Below, in pieces: positions 17,970 to 24,921 of a DNA stretch of 28,185 nucleotides; position 1 is the first letter of the stretch, and every line of letters begins with the position of its first letter. The position numbers were made by a program, and so were the translations under genes. Source of the stretch: Anaerolineae bacterium (GTDB lineage: Bacteria; Chloroflexota; Anaerolineae; S140-20); contig JALUTT010000125.1 of the NCBI GenBank assembly GCA_027021705.1, positions 1 to 28,185 of the forward strand, in the 5' to 3' direction. The notes beneath the pieces were generated by a model. The model searched no databases and was not told the DNA's origin. It was given only the letters and a program-made list of their open reading frames with translations.

Positions 17970-19055
17970 ATGTTCAGCAAAAAGGATCTACAGAGTCTGG
18001 CCGAGTATCAGAGTCAAAACGGTATGGTACTGAGCCTCTACCTGAATGTGGATCCTCGGGAACAGACCACTGACGAATACAAGCTGGCCCTGCGGCAAAT
18101 GCTTAAGGAGGTGGATGGCGTGGCCGCCACGGCCGACCTGGAAGCCGTGGAGCGGTACATCAACCTGGAGTACGACTGGAGTGGACGGGGCGTGGCCCTC
18201 TTCTCGTGCGCTGCCGACGACTTCTGGCGGGCTTATAAGCTGGCCGTGCCCGTCGAGTCCCAGGTCATCGTCGCCCGCAAGCCCCACGTCACCCCGCTGG
18301 CTGATCTGTGGGACGCCTATGGTCGTTACGCCGTGCTCCAGGTAGACCGGGAAGGCGCGCGGGCTTTCTTCTTCACGATGGGAGAGCTGGTGGAAACACG
18401 GGGGATTATGGGGGAATCCATCAAGCGTCACAAACAGGGCGGCTGGGGAGCCGAGAAGCTCCAGCGCCACGAGGATGAAGTCGCCAAGAGCAATCTGAAG
18501 GAGGCCGTCAACTTCTTCACCGATTTCTGCGAGGCCTTCCAGCCCCGTTGGCTGGTCGTGGCCGGCACCGAGCCCACCCTGAGCCAGGTGATGGACCTGA
18601 TGCCCAAGGCGCTGCGGGACAAGGTGGTGGGCACCTTCGCCGCGGAGATGACGGCCAACGAGAACGAGATCCGGGACCGCTCCCTGGAGCTCCTTCGCGA
18701 GGCGGAGCGGAAACGGGAGGTGGCACTGGTCGAAGCCGCCTTCACCGCCGCCGCCAAGGGAAGCAACGGCGTCTGGCGGCTGGACGACACCTTGGGGGCG
18801 GCCTTCGAGGGGCGCATCCAGACCCTGCTCGTCTCCCGGGGCTTCCACGCCCCCGGCTACCGCTGCCGTGGGTGCGGCTACGTAACGGCCCACCGGTTGG
18901 AGGAGTGCCCCTTCTGTGGAGGCGAGGTCGCCGAGATCCCCGACGCGGTCGAAGTGCTGATCTCCCAGGTCATCGAGCAGGGAGGGCGGGTCGAGGTGAT
19001 CCCCAACAATGAGCGACTGAAGGAGGCCGGCGTAGGAGCCCTGCTGCGCTACTAG
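17970..19055 (+). CDS. bacterial archaeo-eukaryotic release factor 1 family protein (baeRF10-like) with C-terminal zinc ribbon
   Basis: VLSLYLNVDP, GVALFSC, PHVTPL, VDREGARAFF, HKQGGW at the GGQ-loop position, LVVAG, CRGC...CPFCGG, GGRVEVI, GVGALLRY terminus typical of eRF1/Pelota domain 3. Confidence 0.85.
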   Translation: MFSKKDLQSLAEYQSQNGMVLSLYLNVDPREQTTDEYKLALRQMLKEVDGVAATADLEAVERYINLEYDWSGRGVALFSCAADDFWRAYKLAVPVESQVIVARKPHVTPLADLWDAYGRYAVLQVDREGARAFFFTMGELVETRGIMGESIKRHKQGGWGAEKLQRHEDEVAKSNLKEAVNFFTDFCEAFQPRWLVVAGTEPTLSQVMDLMPKALRDKVVGTFAAEMTANENEIRDRSLELLREAERKREVALVEAAFTAAAKGSNGVWRLDDTLGAAFEGRIQTLLVSRGFHAPGYRCRGCGYVTAHRLEECPFCGGEVAEIPDAVEVLISQVIEQGGRVEVIPNNERLKEAGVGALLRY

Positions 19056-19056
19056 G

Positions 19057-19857
19057 ATGTCTCGTCCCCCCTTCGCCCTGGCCAACTGGAAGATGGCGAT
19101 GACCATCGAGGAGGGCCTGGCCTTCCTGCGGACCTTCCTCCCCCTCGTCGAACCCTGGGTGGGGCGGATGACCATCGTCCTCTGCCCCCCGGCCACCGCC
19201 CTGGCCCCGATGGCCCGGGCGCTCCCGCCGGAGACGGTGGCGCTGGGGGCCCAGGACTGCTCCGCCGAGGCCGATCCTGCCCACACCGGTCAGCTCTCGG
19301 CCTCGCTCCTCGCCGATGCCGGTGCCCGCTGGGTCCTGCTGGGCCACTGGGAGGTGCGCCGCCAGCAGGGGGACGACGACGCCCGGGTGAACCGGAAGCT
19401 CCATCGGGCGCTGGAGGCCGGGCTGCGCCCCATCCTGCTGGTGGGCGAGGCGCGGGATGAGGCCGAGGAGGCCCCCTCGGCCCTGGCCCGGTCTATGGCT
19501 CGGCTGCTGGAGGGTTGCACGGCGGAGCAGGTGGCGACGATGGCCTTCGTCTACGAGCCGGAGTGGACCATCGGCGTGGCGGAACCGGCACCGGTGGCCC
19601 ACGTCGCCGCCGGCGCCGACTTCCTGCGCAACTGGCTGGCCGCCCGCTACGGCGAGGCCGTCGCCCAGGCGGTTCCCATCATCTACGGGGGGAGCGTCAC
19701 GCCGGAGCACGCCCAGGCCCTCCTGGCCGTGCCCTCGGTGGATGGTTTGGGGGCCGGGCGGAAGGGGCGGGACCCCCACGCCTTCGCCCGCATCGTCGAG
19801 AGCGTCGCCCGTCAGCGCCTCGCCGGCGGGGAGGGCCCGCCGACGACCTCGGCGTAG
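19057..19857 (+). CDS. divergent triose-phosphate isomerase family protein
   Basis: ANWKM, GAQD, GHWEVR, YEPEWTIG, IIYGGSV, VDGLGAGR. Confidence 0.88.
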   Translation: MSRPPFALANWKMAMTIEEGLAFLRTFLPLVEPWVGRMTIVLCPPATALAPMARALPPETVALGAQDCSAEADPAHTGQLSASLLADAGARWVLLGHWEVRRQQGDDDARVNRKLHRALEAGLRPILLVGEARDEAEEAPSALARSMARLLEGCTAEQVATMAFVYEPEWTIGVAEPAPVAHVAAGADFLRNWLAARYGEAVAQAVPIIYGGSVTPEHAQALLAVPSVDGLGAGRKGRDPHAFARIVESVARQRLAGGEGPPTTSA

Positions 19858-20981
19858 AGCTTCTCGTGCCGGGCGACGAAGGCGGGCAGGTTGCGGTGGC
19901 GGGTGACGAAGGTCGCTGCCCGCTCGGCGCGGGCCTGGGCCTCATCGGGGTGCTCCAGGCAGGCCAGCACCCCCGCCGCAATCGCCTCGACATCCCCGAC
20001 CGGCACCAGCATCCCCAGCTCCCCATCCAGCAGCGCGTCCCGGTTCCCCACCACGTCGGTCGCCACCACCGGAATCCCCAGCGCCATCGCCTCCAGCAGG
20101 CTGAAGGGCAGCCCCTCGTAGCGGGAGGTGAGGAGGAAGAGGTCGAAGAGGCTCATCACCGTCCAGACGTCCTCCCGGTGGCCGGTCAGGACCAGCGGAA
20201 CCTCCATCTGCCGCGCTGCCTCCGTCACCGGCCCTCGGAGCGGCCCATCCCCGCACCAGAGGAACCGGGCCTCGGGCAGGCGGGCGTGGACCCGGCGGGC
20301 CACCTCCAGGAAGGTCAGGGGGTCCTTCTGGGGCATCAGCCGCCCCACCGAGCCGATCACCGGCCCCGCCCCCAGGCCCATCCGCTCCCGCAGGGCGGCC
20401 CGGTCCGGTGCCGCCGCCCGTCGGATCGCCTCCACGTCCACCGCGTTCTCGATCAACGCGACCCGCCGGGGGGGAACCAACCCGTACCGGCGGACGATCT
20501 CCTGCTCGCTGCGTGAGACGACGATGAGGCGGTCTGTGAACCGTCCCGCCAGCCGCTCCAGGCCCAGGTAGAAGGCGCGGGCCGGCCCTGTGACGCCGAG
20601 GAAGTGGAAGGCGTTGGGGGTGTGGACCACCGGCACCCCGCCCAGCCGGGCGGCCAGCCGCCCCAGGAAGCCCGCCTTCGAGCTGTGGGTGTGGACGAGG
20701 TCGTAGCGGCCGGCCCGGATGACCCGGTAGACCGCCCTCAGGCCCACCAGGTCGTGCACCCCGATGCTCCGCCGCAGGGGGACGGGATGGACGGGGATGG
20801 AGGCGGCCCGCAGGACCTCGACGAAAGCCACATCCCCGTAGGCGTCCTGGCGCACCGGGGGGCAGGCCACCTCGACGGAGAACCGCTCCCGGTCCAGGTG
20901 GGTGACCAGGGACTGGGTGTACCGCCGCACGCCGGCGGTGGTCGCTTCCAAGATGTGGAGGACGCGGATGGGGCGTTTCAC
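19812..20981 (-). CDS. GT4 family glycosyltransferase
   Basis: GTG 20981 overlapping the upstream TGA; RVLHILE, DLVHTHSSKAGFLGRLAA, VGRLMPQKDP, TSRYEGLPFSLLEAMALGIPVVATDV. This is the C-terminal 389 aa of the 1144-aa track ORF. Confidence 0.92.
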   Translation of the reverse strand: MKRPIRVLHILEATTAGVRRYTQSLVTHLDRERFSVEVACPPVRQDAYGDVAFVEVLRAASIPVHPVPLRRSIGVHDLVGLRAVYRVIRAGRYDLVHTHSSKAGFLGRLAARLGGVPVVHTPNAFHFLGVTGPARAFYLGLERLAGRFTDRLIVVSRSEQEIVRRYGLVPPRRVALIENAVDVEAIRRAAAPDRAALRERMGLGAGPVIGSVGRLMPQKDPLTFLEVARRVHARLPEARFLWCGDGPLRGPVTEAARQMEVPLVLTGHREDVWTVMSLFDLFLLTSRYEGLPFSLLEAMALGIPVVATDVVGNRDALLDGELGMLVPVGDVEAIAAGVLACLEHPDEAQARAERAATFVTRHRNLPAFVARHEKLYAEVVGGPSPPARR

Positions 20982-23257
20982 CGGACCTCGGCCTCCTTCC
21001 CGGTCGTCAGCGTGACCAGGACGAGGGTCATCAGCAGGGGGGGCAGGAAGTCCACGGCACGCATCAGCAGCGCGTAGCCGAAGGCGGTCTCTGAGGCCAC
21101 CCCCCAGGGGGCCAGGGCCAGGAGGATGGCCCCTTCGTAGACGCCGATGCCGGCCGGCGGGCTGGGCAGGGCGATCCCCACCCGCAGCGCCGCCGAGACC
21201 ATTAGGGCGGCGAGGAAGGGGAGGGCCAGCCCCACGGCGCGAAAGACCATCCAGTTCGCCAGCGCTCCCAGCCCCCAGGCGATCACCGTCCACAGGAGCG
21301 CCCACCCGGCGACACCGGGCCGGTAGAGGCTGGTGAGCCCCTCCAGCAGGCGCAGGCCGGTCGCCAGCACCTGCCCCCGCCATCCCCCTCCTGACCAGCT
21401 CCGCAGGCGGCCCCCGATGGCCCGCTTTCCCTGGGCGACGACGATCACGCCGACGTAGGCCCCCAGGGCGACCAGGGCCAGCAGTCGGAGCGGGGTGGTC
21501 AGCGGGTCCGGGAGGGGGACCCAGAGGGGGGCCAGGATCAGGACCAGGACCAGCAGCAGGAGGTCCCAGACCTTCTCCGCCGCCAGGGTGCCCAGCGCCG
21601 TCGTCTTGCTCACGCCGGCGGTCCGCCCCAGCCAGAGGATGCGGGGCAGGTCGCCGGCGCGGGCGGGCAGGATGTAGTTGAGGGACTGGCCGACCAGCAT
21701 CGCCGTCGCCACGGGGGGCAGGGGCAGGCGGGCGGGCAGGAAGAGGGCCCGCCAGCGGTAGGCCCGGGCCCAGGTGTGGAGGACGATGGCCCCGCCGCCG
21801 GCCAGCGCCCACGTCCAGTGGGCCGAGCGCAGGACCTGGAGGATCGCCCCCCAGTCCAGCGTCGCCAGGAGCCAGAGGAGCGTTCCTCCCCCCAGCACCC
21901 AGCCGATCAGGTTGAGCCGACGGATGGCCGATGGCCGGTGGCGGTCGGTGCGGCGGGCGAGGGAGACCGCCGTCAGCGCTGCGAAGAGCAGGTAGTAGGG
22001 CTCCACCTCCCACCGGTATCGGGTCAGGGTGTGGAAGATCACCTGCCAGAGGATGTAGTAGGCGATCAGGCCGTACAGCAGCACCCCCCGCCGCCAGTGG
22101 GGGCGGGAGAGGGCCAGGCCGGGGACCGCCAGCAGCAGCAGCAATCCGTAGAGCACCTGGTAGACGAGGGTCCAGGTCGGCCTCTGGTAACGCAGGCCGA
22201 TCTGCTCGCGGAACCAGAGGGCTCCCCGGAGCTTGCGCCCCAGCAGCGCGACCCAGGCGGCCGGCTCGCGGGCGATGAAGGAGAGGCCGGCCCGGAAGAG
22301 CGCCCGGTCCAGCGCCGTCTCGCTCATCGTGCCGACCTGGGCCTGGACCTCGGGCGGCAGCGGATAGGGGCGCATCTCGACGACCTCGACCCCGGCCGGG
22401 GCGACGGGATGGCCCAGGTAGGCGGCGGCGCGGGCCGCGTCCACCTCGTGCCCGCTGCCCGTGGTGAAGGGGTTGTTGCCGTTCCAGAAGTTGAACCCCC
22501 CGCTGGTGGCGATGGGGACGAAGCGGTGGTGGATCCGCCCGTTGCGCAGGGTCCACGGGGTCAGGACGAGGAGCATCGCCAGCAGCGAGAGGCCCCAGGC
22601 CGCCTTTCGTGAGAGCGGGTTCCCCTCCCCTGACGGTCGAGGGGGGGCGAGCCCCCACCAGAGGGGGGCGAGGAGCAGCCAGAAGGCGGCCAGGTGGGGA
22701 CGGCCCAGGGCCATCACCCCCCACATCGCGCCGGCCAGGAGCACCCATTCCGGCCGACGCCGCCTCCAGGCGACCAGGCTGGTGAAGACGGCCAGCGCCA
22801 GGACGAAGGCGTGCAGGGTGAGGGACTGGTAGATCGTCGTCGTGACGATGAAGACGGGGTAAAGGGCGAAGGCGATTCCTGTCAACCAGCCCACCGCCGG
22901 ATCGTCGGTGAGCTGGCGTCCGATCCCCACCATCAGCAGCGCCGTCAGGCTGGAGAGCAGGGCGTTCATCAGCCCCATCGCCAGATTGGCGTTCCCCAGC
23001 TTCAGCGCCAGGTAGACCTGGCCGACGAAGAGGGGCGGGATGAAGGAGCGGAGGGGGGCGTGGGGGCGCAGGCCGTAGAAGTCGAAGGTGAACCCGCGCC
23101 CCGCCACCAGGTTGCGGGCCACCGTCACGCTCTCCACGTGCTCCGTCAACCCCTCTCCCGGCAGGAGCAGGAGGGCCAACAGGCGCAGGGCGAGGGCGAA
23201 GAGGAACAGGGAGAGCAGCTTCAGCCCGGTGGAACGGGGTTTCCAATGGACGATCAT
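20978..23257 (-). CDS. GT-C (ArnT/PMT-like) glycosyltransferase fused to a lysylphosphatidylglycerol-synthase-TM/UPF0104 flippase-like domain
   Basis: ATG 23257 overlapping the upstream TGA. N-half: VARNLVAGRGF, PPLF, PWTLRN, GFNFWNGNNP, RYR. C-half: RAYRWRALF, NYILPARAGD, EKVWDL, PAGIGVYE. Confidence 0.82.
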   Translation of the reverse strand: MIVHWKPRSTGLKLLSLFLFALALRLLALLLLPGEGLTEHVESVTVARNLVAGRGFTFDFYGLRPHAPLRSFIPPLFVGQVYLALKLGNANLAMGLMNALLSSLTALLMVGIGRQLTDDPAVGWLTGIAFALYPVFIVTTTIYQSLTLHAFVLALAVFTSLVAWRRRRPEWVLLAGAMWGVMALGRPHLAAFWLLLAPLWWGLAPPRPSGEGNPLSRKAAWGLSLLAMLLVLTPWTLRNGRIHHRFVPIATSGGFNFWNGNNPFTTGSGHEVDAARAAAYLGHPVAPAGVEVVEMRPYPLPPEVQAQVGTMSETALDRALFRAGLSFIAREPAAWVALLGRKLRGALWFREQIGLRYQRPTWTLVYQVLYGLLLLLAVPGLALSRPHWRRGVLLYGLIAYYILWQVIFHTLTRYRWEVEPYYLLFAALTAVSLARRTDRHRPSAIRRLNLIGWVLGGGTLLWLLATLDWGAILQVLRSAHWTWALAGGGAIVLHTWARAYRWRALFLPARLPLPPVATAMLVGQSLNYILPARAGDLPRILWLGRTAGVSKTTALGTLAAEKVWDLLLLVLVLILAPLWVPLPDPLTTPLRLLALVALGAYVGVIVVAQGKRAIGGRLRSWSGGGWRGQVLATGLRLLEGLTSLYRPGVAGWALLWTVIAWGLGALANWMVFRAVGLALPFLAALMVSAALRVGIALPSPPAGIGVYEGAILLALAPWGVASETAFGYALLMRAVDFLPPLLMTLVLVTLTTGKEAEVR

Positions 23258-24633
23258 CGCACCGCCGATGGGGGGAGCTGCTGGTCGGCAGGGCGGGCCT
23301 CCCGGCGGGTGATCCGGGCCACGGCCATCAGCAGCCCCAGGATCCCCCAGAAGAGGAAGCCCGGCTTGGTCCACATCATCAGGCCGTCGAAGAGGCCGAA
23401 GAGCAGGTAGACCAACAGGCTCGTCCAGAGCCCCCGCTGGAAGGGGTGCAGCCATCCGTCGGCCTCCGTGCGCCTGGGCCACCCCACGTACAGGGCGAGC
23501 CCCAACAGGGCCGTGAAGCCGACGAGGCCCGGATAGCCGAAGTCCACCCCCGCCTGCAGGAAGATGTCGTGGGCGTGCCGGTAGAGCCAGCTTCGGACCG
23601 TGGGGAAGGGGTAGAGCCAGCGGGCCAGCGGGTAGAAGAGGGCCAGGCCGATGCCGGTCAGGGGAAAGTCCTGGAGCACCTGCAGGGCGTTTCGCCACAG
23701 CTCCACCCGCGCCTTCCAGGTGCCGAACCCGCTGCCGAAGAGGGTCTGGACCACCCACGCCCGTCCCAGGAAGAGCCCCAGGCCGCCGATGCCGAGCCCC
23801 CCCAGGGCCCAGGGCCAGCGGTGGGGGTGGGCTCGCAGCCAGCCCAGCACCAGCCCCAGGGCCAGCGCGGCGAGGCCCAGGCGGGATTGGGTGAGGAGCA
23901 GCATGCCGGTCATCAGGGCCAGGGGGAGCAGGAGCACCCCCCGCTGCCAGCCCCGGCGGAGGGCGAGGGCCAGGCTGCCCACCGGCGGGATGAGCAGGAT
24001 CAGGATGGCCGCGATCATGTTGGGGTGGAAGAACCCAGGACGAACCTCACCCACCGGCACCTCCCCCCTTTGAGGAGGATTGGGCAGATGCTGGTAGAGG
24101 GGGGTGAGCAGGGTCAGCTTCCCCACGTTCCAGTCGGTGCGGTAGAGCCCCACGAAGGAGACGGCCACCCCCACGAGCACCAGGCCGGCGGCGACCCACC
24201 CCATCTGAGAGGGCGTGGAGAGGCTGTTCAGCAGTGCGTAGAAGAGGGTCACGCCCAGGAAGATGCGGCTCAACGCCGTCACCGGACCGATGTCGCCGGC
24301 GTCGTCGAGCATCGGCGCAGCCCAGACGGCCAGGGGCAGGGAACAGAGCAGGAGCAGGATGCACCAGTCGAGGGGCGAGCGCCGGGTGAACCACCCCCGG
24401 GTCGCCCGCAGGACGACCCATCCGGCCACCACCGCCAGGGCCGACAGGGCGGTCAGCCAGGGGAAGGCCCAGGGGAAGAGCAAGAAGGGGGCCGCAGCGG
24501 CCTGGAGGAAGAGGGGCCAGCCGGGGAGCGTGGCCACGATCTGACGCACCCCCCAACGGCGCATCGGCAGGATGGCCGGGCCCAAGGGGCCAGGGGGGTC
24601 CGAGGGGGAGGCCGGATGGGGCTGACCACGCAT
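23254..24633 (-). CDS. O-antigen ligase/Wzy_C family membrane protein
   Basis: Multi-TM; FFHPNMIAA, LTQSRLG, RVELWRNALQVLQDFPLTGIG, HAHDIFLQAGVDFGYPG; GGAGG upstream of 24633 (alternative start 24564). Confidence 0.88.
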   Translation of the reverse strand: MRGQPHPASPSDPPGPLGPAILPMRRWGVRQIVATLPGWPLFLQAAAAPFLLFPWAFPWLTALSALAVVAGWVVLRATRGWFTRRSPLDWCILLLLCSLPLAVWAAPMLDDAGDIGPVTALSRIFLGVTLFYALLNSLSTPSQMGWVAAGLVLVGVAVSFVGLYRTDWNVGKLTLLTPLYQHLPNPPQRGEVPVGEVRPGFFHPNMIAAILILLIPPVGSLALALRRGWQRGVLLLPLALMTGMLLLTQSRLGLAALALGLVLGWLRAHPHRWPWALGGLGIGGLGLFLGRAWVVQTLFGSGFGTWKARVELWRNALQVLQDFPLTGIGLALFYPLARWLYPFPTVRSWLYRHAHDIFLQAGVDFGYPGLVGFTALLGLALYVGWPRRTEADGWLHPFQRGLWTSLLVYLLFGLFDGLMMWTKPGFLFWGILGLLMAVARITRREARPADQQLPPSAVR

Positions 24634-24683
24634 AGGGAACGTTCCTCCGCACCGGGCAGGAGATGCTTGCCGACTGAGGGGGG

Positions 24684-24749
24684 ATTATACATCAGGCGCT
24701 GAGGAAGGCCAAGGGATTCCTGGAAAGGAATGGGAATCGCGGGTATAAT
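24684..24749. promoter_or_regulatory. back-to-back divergent promoters for the glycosylation operon and the DUF4012 gene
   Basis: Minus: TTGGCC (24712-24707)-17-TATAAT (24689-24684). Plus: TGGAAA (24721-24726)-17-TATAAT (24744-24749). Confidence 0.6.
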
Positions 24750-24762
24750 CCCGGTAGACTTT

Positions 24763-24900
24763 TCCACGGCGTATCTATTCAGCCTACCCTCCCGCAGGTC
24801 ACCGGTCGAGGGTGCTTTCAGCCCCGATGGGCTATTGGAGGCGCGGTTTCGCGTCGGAAACGCGCCTAACCTGCGGGAGGGTGAACGGTTACTCCACGGC
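24763..24900 (+). repeat. structured leader element (four-way junction) flanked by 8-bp direct repeats
   Basis: 14-bp perfect inverted repeat 24786-24799/24869-24882 enclosing three hairpins; TCCACGGC at 24763-24770 and 24893-24900. Confidence 0.65.
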
Positions 24901-24921
24901 ACCTTCTGGGAGAGGAGAGGT

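Noticed and set aside
19812..23246. 1144-aa ORF as one giant protein
   Set aside because: Only the last 389 aa are GT4. The rest is an Arg/Pro/Gly-rich off-frame read of the upstream gene, and a GTGA coupled start exists at 20981.
23258..23758. N-terminal extension of the 926-aa ORF
   Set aside because: Off-frame overlap with the ligase gene; the ATGA-coupled start at 23257 fits better.
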